Shown here piece after piece: positions 1-9,609 of a DNA stretch of 64,000 nucleotides. The position numbers and the translations under genes are program-made. Location of the stretch: assembly GCA_041690595.1 (NCBI GenBank), contig JAWLHB010000007.1, positions 124,001-188,000 of the forward strand, read 5' to 3'. Position 1 is the stretch's first letter. The number at the start of each line of letters is the position of its first letter. The stretch is from Lentisphaeria bacterium (lineage in GTDB: Bacteria; Verrucomicrobiota; Lentisphaeria; JABSQK01; JAWLHB01). The notes beneath the pieces were generated by a model that worked only from the letters and a program-made list of their open reading frames with translations, made no database searches and was not told the DNA's origin.

Positions 1-2
1 GG

Positions 3-1514
3 ATCGGCGATGGCCAGCTCGGCCAGCTCGATCGAGATCTCCGTCTCCGCGATGGCAGGGTCACTCGCATCGATGGCTACATGGCGAAGGAAAGGCGAGG
101 CGGGTATCGGTGCACGCTGCGTCTCCAGCACCCGGCCTTCGGCAGTGCGGCGGCGCACCACGAGCTGTGCGTCGCTGAGCATCGCTTCCTCGAAGGCGGG
201 GCTGACCCGCAGATAATAATCCAGCATCGCCGGCCCATCCTCCGGCTGCAGATAGGGCAGGCCCACGGCTTGAAAATCGACCTGCACGCGGGTGGGTTCC
301 TGCCATCGCAGCCGCACCGGCGTGGTCACCTCCTGATGATAGCCGAGGATGTCTCCCTGCGTAAGCAGGAGTTCATGCCGCGGTCGCACTGGCAGATAAG
401 TCGTCAGACGCGGTGCGCCGTCAAAGAACAGCTGCCGCCCGTCAATCTCCATTTCTTGCTGAATGAGCGAATGCCCGAAGAGGTTGCTGCTCAGGTCGTG
501 GACAACGACTCGCTGCAGCACCCGATTGCTCGCCGGGAAGAGAAAGGATGGCCCTTGGCGCAGGCGAAAGCCCGGCACGATCAGGTCCCCTTTGCCTTCG
601 ATCAGCAGCTCGTCGATTCCAGTAATAGTCTGCAGTTCCTCGTTGCCGAAGCGCTGAAACTGCGCGTCCGCGGAGACTTCGCGGTAGGCCAGAGCCGGAG
701 CCAGCTCCTCTTCGAGCAGCATGCCGAAGAAATCGACGCGGTGCAGCCCGGGCGCCACCAGCCGAGACGGGGATACCAGGCGCTGGCGCTTGTCCCGCGT
801 GGCTTCCATCCAGCTGAAAACGGGCTCCTGATCGATGAACATGTACCAGGCGCCGTTGTCCTGATTGAGCACCGCGAATTGCAGCTCTCGTGCCGTATCG
901 CACTGCCAGAGCGTGCTCAAGTGGTAGACGAGCTTGTGCTTCTTCGGCACGAAGCTCGGCAAGCGATCCAGCATGGCATCGCTCGAAAGGCTGGTGATTT
1001 CTCCCCGGTATTTCAGTGGGCGGATCTTCGAGTAGAGGGTCAGAAAACCACTGCAGCCGCCAGGACGCGCAATGCCGATGCCAGGACCGAGCGAGAGGCT
1101 CACCGGCAGGCGTCGATAACTCTCCGGTACCGCAATGGGAGCGTCAAAAAGATAGACCAGCAGGCTGAACGGCACCCGAGGCGGTGGGCGCTCTTCATCC
1201 GCATCGGGTGTGATCGTAATTCGCACCTCGACAGCCGTCAACCGCTCCGCCTCGTCGAGAATCGGAAAGAGGCTGAGCGGGTTGCCTCCGCGGTCGACGG
1301 CGCGCGCCCCAAGGCTTCGTTCCCGCAGGTGAAGGGGAATGTCGATCCGCAGCGTATGCGAGCGCGGCAGGACGGGCGTGGTGACCAGCCGCGTATGCGC
1401 TTCGCTGAAAAGCCACGGTGGCAAATCTGGAGCTCCGGCGGCAATCACGGCCAACGGCAGGATCATCCACACCATCAGCGCCTGCAGACGCCATGCCAAA
1501 CGGGAGTCAGCCAT
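3..1514 (-). CDS. Large exported hypothetical protein (partial, runs off left edge), possible PA14-like domain
   Basis: Not in ORF track; translated by hand. ATG at 1514 lies 2 nt after the ATPase stop and the frame stays open to the edge. MADSRLAWRLQALMVWMILPLAVIAAG looks like a signal peptide; FAVLNQDNGAWYMFIDQEPV...PGLHRVDFF resembles PA14. Confidence 0.75.
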   Translation of the reverse strand, partial: MADSRLAWRLQALMVWMILPLAVIAAGAPDLPPWLFSEAHTRLVTTPVLPRSHTLRIDIPLHLRERSLGARAVDRGGNPLSLFPILDEAERLTAVEVRITITPDADEERPPPRVPFSLLVYLFDAPIAVPESYRRLPVSLSLGPGIGIARPGGCSGFLTLYSKIRPLKYRGEITSLSSDAMLDRLPSFVPKKHKLVYHLSTLWQCDTARELQFAVLNQDNGAWYMFIDQEPVFSWMEATRDKRQRLVSPSRLVAPGLHRVDFFGMLLEEELAPALAYREVSADAQFQRFGNEELQTITGIDELLIEGKGDLIVPGFRLRQGPSFLFPASNRVLQRVVVHDLSSNLFGHSLIQQEMEIDGRQLFFDGAPRLTTYLPVRPRHELLLTQGDILGYHQEVTTPVRLRWQEPTRVQVDFQAVGLPYLQPEDGPAMLDYYLRVSPAFEEAMLSDAQLVVRRRTAEGRVLETQRAPIPASPFLRHVAIDASDPAIAETEISIELAELAIAD

Positions 1515-1516
1515 GA

Positions 1517-3331
1517 TCAATAGTGGATATCGTAGGATTTCGTAATGCGGTTGATTTCGTCGATCGTGGTCATTCCTTTCATCACCTTGACCCAGCCATC
1601 CTGGCGGAGGTTGCGCATGCCCTGTTTGGCAGCCGCCTGCCGCAGCTCCACCGACGTGGCATTGCGCGTCACCATATCTTCGATGTGCTCGTTCATCAGG
1701 AAGAACTCGTAAAGAGCGACCCGGCCACGATAACCGGTCTGCCCACACTCCACGCAACCGCGCCCCTTGCTTGCTTTTACATCTTCATCGCTGCACCCCA
1801 CGGAATCCGCGATCTCCAGGCGTATGCGCTCGGTGATTTCCGTATCCTCCTCCTTGCAGTGCGGGCAGATGCGGCGCACCAGCCGCTGGGCGATCGAGGC
1901 CGAAAGGGATGAGGCGACGAGGAAGGGCTCGATGTCCATGTCCACCAGGCGATTGACCGCGCCGACCGAATCGTTGGTATGCAGCGTACTCAGCACCAGA
2001 TGTCCCGTCAGGGCGGAGCGAATGGCGATCTCGGCCGTCTCGGCATCCCGGATTTCACCGACCAGGATGATGTCCGGGTCGTGCCGCAGGATCGAACGAA
2101 GCCCGCGCGCAAAGGTAAGCCCGATCGACGCATGGATCTGGATCTGGCTGATCCCTTCCAACTGGTACTCCACCGGATCTTCAACCGTGATCACCTTGCG
2201 CTCGCGCTTGTTCGTCTTGTCAAGCGCCGCATAAAGGGTCGTGGACTTACCGCTGCCGGTCGGGCCGGTGACCAGGATCATGCCGTGGGGAAGCTCGAGC
2301 AGCTTGTTGATCATCGCCATCTGGTCTTCTTCCAGGCCGAGCTGGGTCAGCTCGAAGAAGATGGATTGGCGGTTGAGGATACGCAGGTTGAGCGTCTCTC
2401 CGAAGCGCGTAGGCAGAATGGAAACGCGCAGGTCGAACTCTTCTTCGCCGATGGAAACGCGGATGCGCCCGTCGTGGGGCAGGCGATGCTCGGCAATATT
2501 CAGGTTGGCCATGATCTTGGCGCGGGAGATGATCGCGGTATGCAGTTCGCGAAGGCCGGGAGGCGTGGGAATTTCGCGCAGCAGCCCGTCGATACGGTAG
2601 CGCACAATCACCTTGTCTTCGAAGGGCTCGATGTGCACGTCGGTGGCATCCATCTCGAGCGCTTCGAGCAGAAACTGGTTGAAGAGGTGAATGACCGAGG
2701 CGCTTTCCCCATCGTGAGACTCCGCCAGGTCCGTGCTCTCCGTCATGAACTGAACATGATCGACCCGTTCCTGGAAGCCGCGGTCCTGACGCAACTGCAT
2801 CACCGTCTCCGCGCCGAGGCCGTAGTACTGCTTGATCGTTCGGTTGATGGCTGCCGGCGACGATAGGACGGGCTTGAGGCGCAGTCCGAGCAGCAGGCGA
2901 AGATTCTGCCGGTCGCGCATCTGGGGTGGATCGGCAAACGCCGCCGTCAGTGTCCCCTTTTCCAGCTTCAGCGGCATGAACTTGTAGTGGAGCACCACTT
3001 TGACCGAGACCGCATGGATGGCTTCCGGCTCCGGTTGCTCATGCTCCAGGGTGACGAATGGGATATCGAGGGAGGTAGCCAGGGCGCGGTAGATATCCTC
3101 CTGGGCGACAGTGCCCAGTTCGACCAGCGCCTGCTGCACCGTCGTGTGCCCGCGTTGCTGGCGGCGCCGGGCCTGCTGGGCGTCGTCCTCGGTGATCTTG
3201 CCCTGCTCCAGAAGGAGCTGGAGGAGATCGAGCCGGGGCGTGTTCATGATCGTCTGTTCGCCCGGATTCGTTTGCTCAGCCATCGGTAAATCTTGCTCTG
3301 TCTGATCGTTGAATTGCATCTCTGGCGCCAT
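1517..3331 (-). CDS. gspE: GspE/PulE/PilB-family secretion/pilus assembly ATPase
   Basis: Walker A GPTGSGKST, TVEDPVEY Asp box, LRHDPDIILVGEIRD, TGHLVLSTLHTN His box, CPHC/CVEC zinc motif; TAATG coupling to the upstream gene. Confidence 0.95.
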   Translation of the reverse strand: MAPEMQFNDQTEQDLPMAEQTNPGEQTIMNTPRLDLLQLLLEQGKITEDDAQQARRRQQRGHTTVQQALVELGTVAQEDIYRALATSLDIPFVTLEHEQPEPEAIHAVSVKVVLHYKFMPLKLEKGTLTAAFADPPQMRDRQNLRLLLGLRLKPVLSSPAAINRTIKQYYGLGAETVMQLRQDRGFQERVDHVQFMTESTDLAESHDGESASVIHLFNQFLLEALEMDATDVHIEPFEDKVIVRYRIDGLLREIPTPPGLRELHTAIISRAKIMANLNIAEHRLPHDGRIRVSIGEEEFDLRVSILPTRFGETLNLRILNRQSIFFELTQLGLEEDQMAMINKLLELPHGMILVTGPTGSGKSTTLYAALDKTNKRERKVITVEDPVEYQLEGISQIQIHASIGLTFARGLRSILRHDPDIILVGEIRDAETAEIAIRSALTGHLVLSTLHTNDSVGAVNRLVDMDIEPFLVASSLSASIAQRLVRRICPHCKEEDTEITERIRLEIADSVGCSDEDVKASKGRGCVECGQTGYRGRVALYEFFLMNEHIEDMVTRNATSVELRQAAAKQGMRNLRQDGWVKVMKGMTTIDEINRITKSYDIHY

Positions 3332-4059
3332 TACATGCCACCGCCCTTCTTCTCGACTTCAAATCTGGCTCCCTTCCGGATGGTGTGCTTCTCCCCGGCC
3401 GCGTCTTCCAGTACCAGTTGCTGCTCGTTGAACTCGACCACGCGCATTCCCAGAATACGCTTGCCGGATGAAATGAATTTGGAACTGCTGCTCGCCTTGC
3501 CCCGGCCGCTGTCTTTCTCGTGCTGCAGGTAAGCCAGATTGGTGGTGCCGTCCACATCCATGAAGCCGCGGTAGGTGATGAAGTCCTTGACCCGTGGGCG
3601 GGGTGGATCCTGAGCCTTCGGCACGGCCTGCACGTCCGGCTCTTTCTTAGGAGGCTCCCGCGGCACCAGCTCCTGCGGTGTGGTCTGCTGCACGGTCAGC
3701 GTACCGCCGGCATCCCCGGCTCCCTGATCATCGTCCGTACCCGTCAACTTGGGTGGCTCCGGTGGCGGCGCGGGCTTCGGTTTTTCCTTTACTCTGGCTC
3801 CCGCGGGAAGCGAAAAGGCATGGGGAGGATTCGCCCGCGGACGATACGTGTCGCGATTGACGAAAGCGAAAGCCGCATCGCTGAAAAGTGGCTTTGGCAG
3901 AGAGCCGCCGGAGGGCCGCGGACTCTCGTCCTCCAGCAACCCCATCAACTGCACCGCAAAATAGCCGCCGGCAAGGCAGAAGACCAGAAGCACCACCGTC
4001 AGCAACAAGCGTTCCCACTCGTTGATTGCCCGTTGCAGACTTGGAGACAAGTTGTTCAT
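3331..4059 (-). CDS. Bitopic membrane accessory protein of the pilus/secretion cluster (PilP/GspC-like position)
   Basis: One N-terminal TM helix, Pro-rich linker, small beta-rich C-terminal domain; lies between PilO-like gene and ATPase. Confidence 0.65.
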   Translation of the reverse strand: MNNLSPSLQRAINEWERLLLTVVLLVFCLAGGYFAVQLMGLLEDESPRPSGGSLPKPLFSDAAFAFVNRDTYRPRANPPHAFSLPAGARVKEKPKPAPPPEPPKLTGTDDDQGAGDAGGTLTVQQTTPQELVPREPPKKEPDVQAVPKAQDPPRPRVKDFITYRGFMDVDGTTNLAYLQHEKDSGRGKASSSSKFISSGKRILGMRVVEFNEQQLVLEDAAGEKHTIRKGARFEVEKKGGGM

Positions 4060-4079
4060 TGTCGTATCACTCCACTACC

Positions 4080-4967
4080 TTACATGCCGCGGCTGACCGG
4101 CGGGACGTTGTGTCGTTTTTCGACCGTTACCTTTACTGTAAACTCACTCTTGTCGCTCATGATCAGAAAGCCGCTGCACACCAGCGTTGCTTCCACCATG
4201 TCCTGGCGTGGATTCTCGTCCACCAACCGCTCGATAACCACCGTATCCAAGGGGAGAAAACGCTCATCCGCCGTCAGATCCGCGACAAATTCCATGATGC
4301 GCTGCAGGGGGCCGCGAATCTTCACTTCCACCGGGTATTCTTCGAGAATGACCGGCTCGTCCTTTGCTATGGCGTAAAGTTTTGCGGGATGCACGACAAT
4401 ATGAGCGGGGATGGCGTTGGGCTGCATGGCGCCCACGCCGGGGAGATCCCATTTGCGTACATCCAGCTTATGCTTGACGATCAGCTCCGCCAGGTCGCGC
4501 ACCACCCACATGTGAGCGACAAGCCGATAAGTCGTGGTGCCGGCCGTGCTCTGCTCGGAAAGCTGCAGCACCTGTTCATCCAGCATGATCCCCTTGGCGG
4601 CAAGCTCCCGGCGCACCTTGTTGAAGGCTTCCTGATAATCCAGCTGCGTGATGCCGCGGCGGAAGCCGACCACCGTGTCGTAGACGCGTACGTCGTTGGC
4701 AAATTGCGCCATGGCTTCGTCATAGACGTTGTTCAAGGTGACCTGCAGAAGCTCGAGCCTGCTCTGCATGCTGCCGCGAATCGTTTCGAGCTGCTTGGGA
4801 TTGAGGCTGTAGCCCGTACGGCGCAGTGCAGCCTTGCGGTCATCATTGCGCGTGCGCAGGGCCTCGTTGGATTGCTTCAACGGCAGCAATAGGAAGTAAT
4901 AGATCACTCCCGCGCCAAGAAGGACCAGCCCCAGGCTGATGAGCAGACGCTTGTGCGGCTTCTTCAT
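4080..4967 (-). CDS. PilO/GspM-like inner-membrane alignment protein
   Basis: N-terminal TM, coiled coil, C-terminal EYPVEVKIRGPLQRIMEFVADL ferredoxin-like signature; ATGA overlap with the PilM-like gene. Confidence 0.7.
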   Translation of the reverse strand: MKKPHKRLLISLGLVLLGAGVIYYFLLLPLKQSNEALRTRNDDRKAALRRTGYSLNPKQLETIRGSMQSRLELLQVTLNNVYDEAMAQFANDVRVYDTVVGFRRGITQLDYQEAFNKVRRELAAKGIMLDEQVLQLSEQSTAGTTTYRLVAHMWVVRDLAELIVKHKLDVRKWDLPGVGAMQPNAIPAHIVVHPAKLYAIAKDEPVILEEYPVEVKIRGPLQRIMEFVADLTADERFLPLDTVVIERLVDENPRQDMVEATLVCSGFLIMSDKSEFTVKVTVEKRHNVPPVSRGM

Positions 4968-6736
4968 GGCTGGGGCTCCTGATTCTGAGATTCGAACTCC
5001 ACCTGACGGAGCGGCAGAGTCAGCGCGTAACCCCGCATATCCACCAGATCCCGCCAGGCAGCCATCAGGCGGATGTCGCGGGTCGAACGGTACTGCTGCG
5101 TCAGGATGTCCACACCCGCAAAGATGGTATCCGGTTCGTTATTCAAGGCATCCACCGTTGTGCGGACGCTGGACCATTGCGAGTCGGCACGCGAGGGGGT
5201 AAAGCCGGCAGCAATCAGTCGCTGCCAGGGTTGGATCTGCGTAGTCAGCTTGGAGAGTTCCTGTTGGTGGCTGGCGCCACCGTTGCCAAAGGCAAAGGCC
5301 GACGTATCGGGCCTCGTCGGCTGGCGACGCGCGGTCGCCTCCTCGCGTTGCTGGTAGCTCTCGCCGTCGGCCAGCAGGAAGAACCAGTCGTCGCGCTGCT
5401 GGTATCGCCCCAGCAGTTCAACCGCCTGGATCAGGGTGGTATTGCGATTGCCGCGGGCGGCAAAGGGAATCAGCAGTCGCTGGGTCTGGTCGATGCTTTT
5501 CTCCAGAACGATAAGCTCATCGATCAAGCGGGTGCTGCGATCCAGTTCGCGCGACTCCTGTTCCAGGACGCCGGCATGGCGTTGCATGGTGAGAAAAGAG
5601 GTGGTCATCCACCCGGCAAGAATGCAGGCAAAGAGGATCAGCGCGACGACCAGGTTGGGTACCCGCCGCCGGCGCTGGGCGTCCCACGTTACTTCCATCG
5701 GCGTCAGCGAGATGCGTTCTTCGGCTGGAAGAGCTGCGTGCAGCGCCAGACCGTACGCAATCGCCATGCGATCGGCATTCTCGCTGATGGAGGCGGGCTC
5801 CAGAGGCACGGCCTTGCAGTCGAAGAGGCTGGCCAGGTACTCATGGAAACCCTGCAGGCGGGCGCCACCGCCAGAAAGATAGATGCGCTCGATCCGCGGC
5901 GCCTCGGCGGCTTCGTCGGCATCGTCGCTGCCCTGGTACTGCCAGCTCTCGAGGGCGGTGTGCAGCTCGCCGACGTAAGCTCGCGCGGCAATGGTCAGCG
6001 GCGAATCCAGGTGCGAGGTGTTGATGCGGCTGGAGAGCTTCATGCGCTCCGCCTCATTCTCGTTGATGCCCAAGTGGCGCATCATCGCCGCGGTGAAGGT
6101 GTGTCCCCCTGCCGTGAAACTGCCGACGTAGACCGGCTGGCTATCCTGCATGATCGCCAGAGTCGTGTTCTCTTCCCCCACGTCGAGCAGCAGATGTATG
6201 CCACCGCGCTCACCTTCCGGAACCAGGTCGCGATAGGCCAGCGCCAGCGCGTACCCATCCATCGTCGTCTCCACCACCCGCACGTTGCTGTTCAGCAGTG
6301 GCGCCAGACGGGCCTGAATGGCGCTCTCCCGGCAGACGCCGATGAGCACCGGATTCTTATAGGTTCCAGTCGGCTGGAGGCGGTGGTAGTCGTGCAGAAA
6401 GGCTTCGTCGGAGAGTCCCGCTACCTGCTGTGTTTCGAGCCGGACCATCTCCTCGAGCTGCTGCGCTTTGGCAGGGGGAAAGTCGCTCAACTGCGCAATC
6501 GTCAGGTACTGCGGAACCCCAAGCGTGATCTCCTGATGCCGGATGCCACGCTCACGCAGCCAGGGGCCGAGGTGTTGCCCAAGCTCTTCTTCGCTGACGA
6601 TTCCCTCTTCGCGATTGCTCAGCAACGCCGACTTGACGACCTGCGTCCGGCTGCCGGTGCTCTTGAGCACCACCAGTTTGGTCGAAGACTCGCCAATGTC
6701 CAGCCCGATCGTTATACTGTTGTTCAGCAAAGCCAT
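4964..6736 (-). CDS. pilM: PilM-like actin-fold protein fused to a TM and PilN-like periplasmic region
   Basis: IGLDIGESSTKLV, LLLDVGEENT, IYLSGGGARLQG motifs, then RISLTP..RRRR, a TM and a coiled coil. Confidence 0.8.
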   Translation of the reverse strand: MALLNNSITIGLDIGESSTKLVVLKSTGSRTQVVKSALLSNREEGIVSEEELGQHLGPWLRERGIRHQEITLGVPQYLTIAQLSDFPPAKAQQLEEMVRLETQQVAGLSDEAFLHDYHRLQPTGTYKNPVLIGVCRESAIQARLAPLLNSNVRVVETTMDGYALALAYRDLVPEGERGGIHLLLDVGEENTTLAIMQDSQPVYVGSFTAGGHTFTAAMMRHLGINENEAERMKLSSRINTSHLDSPLTIAARAYVGELHTALESWQYQGSDDADEAAEAPRIERIYLSGGGARLQGFHEYLASLFDCKAVPLEPASISENADRMAIAYGLALHAALPAEERISLTPMEVTWDAQRRRRVPNLVVALILFACILAGWMTTSFLTMQRHAGVLEQESRELDRSTRLIDELIVLEKSIDQTQRLLIPFAARGNRNTTLIQAVELLGRYQQRDDWFFLLADGESYQQREEATARRQPTRPDTSAFAFGNGGASHQQELSKLTTQIQPWQRLIAAGFTPSRADSQWSSVRTTVDALNNEPDTIFAGVDILTQQYRSTRDIRLMAAWRDLVDMRGYALTLPLRQVEFESQNQEPQP

Positions 6737-6743
6737 AAGATCT

Positions 6744-8588
6744 TCAATCGCCGTCTACGACCTGGTTGAAGCGCCCGTCCTGATCGACGATTGTCGCGGT
6801 CACGAAGATCAGCAGGTGCTCGGGATTGGCGTTGCGCTCTTTCTTGCGGAAGAGGTAGCCGATGAGCGGAATATCTCCCAGAAACGGCACCTTCGATTCG
6901 ATGAGGAGATCCTCGGAGGTGATCATGCCGCCAAGCACCACGGTCTGGCCACTGTTCACCCCGACCGAAGTGGTCAATGTGCTTTGCGGATACTCCGGCA
7001 GCGAGACATCGTTGCGGGTGACAAACTCGGCCACGGGCCCGGCGATCTCCGCCGCGATGCTCAGCAGAATGCTGCGCCCGTCGTTGCCGATGCTTGGCGT
7101 CGTGCCGAGCGAGATGCCAAGTTCCAGCTCTTCCGCCTCGCCCGATGGCACCAGGCGGCTGGTGATGACGTTGTCCGTCACCGTCTCTTCCACGTCAAAA
7201 TCGCGGAAGTAGTAAAGGGTGGTGCCGCGCCGAATGCTGGCGCTCTGGTTGTTCAGGACAGTGATACGAGGTGAACTCAAGGTGCGGGTGCTGCCTTTCC
7301 GGTCAAGCGCCTCCAGAATGACGCTGTAGCTGAAGTTGTCGAGAATACCGCTAAGCTGCAACTGATTGTTGGCAAGGGCCTGTGTAAAAGCCGGTAGGCC
7401 CGTCTGGCCTTCGATCACCGTCTGCCCGTCGTCAAACTTGATGCTCTCGATCTCCACACCCAACTGGAAGAGGTCGGACTGATTGATGGTGATGAAGCGG
7501 GATTCGATCAACACCTGCTTGGGAATGGCGTCGAACTCGCGGATGATCTCTTCCGCCAGGCGCAGATTGGCGCGGCTGTTGCGGATCATGAGCAGATTGC
7601 GGTTGCGGTAGATCTGGAACTTGGTGTTGGGCGGATTGTAGGGATTGTCCTCCAGAAAATCGCTCAGCGCATTGAAGAGATCGTCCTGTCCCTGGCCGGC
7701 CGGCGCCGGCTGACTTCCGCCACCAGAAAAGCTATCGGCACTGCCAAAGCCGCCCTGGGCCGAGGAGCCGGCGGGTATGTAGCCTTTGCGCAAGGTATAG
7801 ATCTTTGTCTCCAGCTGGGGACCATTGTCATCGGGCATCAGTGCCTCTGTCACCCAGATGACGTTTTCGCCCAGGTGGAAGGCGATACCCATGTTGCGCG
7901 AAATGTAGCTCAGCAGCTCGTGCAGAGGCACGTCACGGATATGGATGTTCAACTGCTGGTCCGACTCCAGGGCCTGATCGGCGATAAAGTTAAGTCCCAT
8001 CACGCCACGCAGGGCTTCGAGAATCTCTGCCACGCCTGCGCCATCCAGATCGATGGCGCCAACCCGCCTGTTCAGCACCTCCTCCATGCGTCCGGGCGGC
8101 AGCGTGAGTGGCGGCAGGTCGGGCGAAATGACGTGCGTCTCCCCATAGCTGTCGGGCATGTGGTAGCGATCTTCCACTTCGCGGATGGCACGCAGCGCGG
8201 TCATCTTGGATTCATCGATCCCGAGTGTCCCTTCCTTCTGCCGTGCGATCTGCTCCGTCAGCAGCTTGAGGTCCCTCGCATAGTAGCGCCGCGCTTCCGC
8301 CAACTGCAGCAAAGGCTGCAGTTCACGCTCGGCTACACGCGGGTCGCCCTGTTGCAAAAGACTCTGTACACGCAAAAGTCGCTTGCGAATGACGTGATGG
8401 ACCACTTCACTGCGTCCATCCGGCGTCTTGGCGTCAAGCAGGATTGAGGGACGGTCGTCCGCCACTCCCAACTCGCGCAACGCCGCCGCCGATTGTGCAT
8501 CCGGTGGCGTATGTGCCTTCTCCGTGCTTCGACACCCGGCAAGAGCCAGGCTCACTGCAATGACGCTCAAAGCCAGCCATTCCTTCAT
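6744..8588 (-). CDS. Secretin (GspD/PilQ family) with lipoprotein signal
   Basis: PKQVLIESRFI, TLSSPRITVLNNQ, GQTVVLGG, KVPFLGDIPLIGYLF, LLIFVTATI; MKEWLALSVIAVSLALAGC lipobox supports ATG 8588 over 8681. Confidence 0.92.
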   Translation of the reverse strand: MKEWLALSVIAVSLALAGCRSTEKAHTPPDAQSAAALRELGVADDRPSILLDAKTPDGRSEVVHHVIRKRLLRVQSLLQQGDPRVAERELQPLLQLAEARRYYARDLKLLTEQIARQKEGTLGIDESKMTALRAIREVEDRYHMPDSYGETHVISPDLPPLTLPPGRMEEVLNRRVGAIDLDGAGVAEILEALRGVMGLNFIADQALESDQQLNIHIRDVPLHELLSYISRNMGIAFHLGENVIWVTEALMPDDNGPQLETKIYTLRKGYIPAGSSAQGGFGSADSFSGGGSQPAPAGQGQDDLFNALSDFLEDNPYNPPNTKFQIYRNRNLLMIRNSRANLRLAEEIIREFDAIPKQVLIESRFITINQSDLFQLGVEIESIKFDDGQTVIEGQTGLPAFTQALANNQLQLSGILDNFSYSVILEALDRKGSTRTLSSPRITVLNNQSASIRRGTTLYYFRDFDVEETVTDNVITSRLVPSGEAEELELGISLGTTPSIGNDGRSILLSIAAEIAGPVAEFVTRNDVSLPEYPQSTLTTSVGVNSGQTVVLGGMITSEDLLIESKVPFLGDIPLIGYLFRKKERNANPEHLLIFVTATIVDQDGRFNQVVDGD

Positions 8589-8659
8589 TTTCTGCCCTTT
8601 AGAAAATAACTGTATTAATCCGCTGATACTCCTGATAGCACCAGCGTCCCCGGGATCTG

Positions 8660-9481
8660 CTAATAAATTCCTTCTTCCCATTCAAGTCTGCTCAGGAAGA
8701 ATCCGCCTTCAGCTGAAGTGTTCAACACCAGTTCCGTCTTGCCCCAGACCACTTTGTAGTGCCAGAAGCAGCGGACGGTCGGGAAGAGATGGGGCTCCCA
8801 CGGCTTTCCGCGCTTCTGCCAACTCCCATCATAGATCCAGCCGTCGCGCAACTGCGCATCCTTCATCTCATTCCACGTGAGGGTGCCGTCACCGTCGCGG
8901 TCACCGAAGGTGCTGATATCTCCTTGCCAGGGCCAGAAGACATCGGTGTACTCATACATGTAGCTGCTGCGCTCGATATCCGGATTGCCCTTGCCCTTGC
9001 GCCATACATCATCATTGCGCGAGGTATCGTCGGTCATGAAATACTTGTCCGTCAACAACTTGTCCACGATGTTGTAGTGGTCCCGATTGCCGTCCGGTGA
9101 TTCTTTGCCCTCGTATGAACCGTCCCAACCGCTCTCGTTGTTGTCGGGCCAGCCGGCGCCGGGGCGGCTCCCGTCATGGCCGCCGCTGGGATCCTGGGGA
9201 CAAAGGAAAAGCTTACGCGTAACGCCGTACTCGGGGGCCAGATTCGACAGCCAGCCCACCATCATGCCGTCGTTGTCATCGCGGTAAGAGACGGTCGCCA
9301 GGCCGAACTGGGTGAGGTTGCCGGTGCAGCTGGTCATTCTGGCGCGGGCGCGGGCCTGTTGAAGGGCGGGGAGCAGGAGGCCGGCAAGGATCATGATGAT
9401 CACGATGACGACCAGCAGCTCGATGAGGGTAAAAGGGGAGCGGCGGGGTAATTGAGGGGGAGGAAGCAGAGTGGTTTTCAT
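8660..9481 (-). CDS. Prepilin-type N-terminal cleavage/methylation protein (DUF1559-like)
   Basis: [43 protein letters not shown]. Confidence 0.9.
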   Translation of the reverse strand: MKTTLLPPPQLPRRSPFTLIELLVVIVIIMILAGLLLPALQQARARARMTSCTGNLTQFGLATVSYRDDNDGMMVGWLSNLAPEYGVTRKLFLCPQDPSGGHDGSRPGAGWPDNNESGWDGSYEGKESPDGNRDHYNIVDKLLTDKYFMTDDTSRNDDVWRKGKGNPDIERSSYMYEYTDVFWPWQGDISTFGDRDGDGTLTWNEMKDAQLRDGWIYDGSWQKRGKPWEPHLFPTVRCFWHYKVVWGKTELVLNTSAEGGFFLSRLEWEEGIY

Positions 9482-9609
9482 GCTGATATATCTCTGACGT
9501 CGTGTAGGATCGGTTGGGCGCTGTCCAGTTAGTCAGTTGGATACAGGCGGTACGGCAATGTTCCTCGGATCGTGCAAAATGTGCGAAAGGAAGCAGTTGC
9601 GTCTGCCCC

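Noticed and set aside
81..1523. 480-aa plus-strand ORF
   Set aside because: Antisense shadow of the minus-strand gene continuing the pilus operon; no motifs
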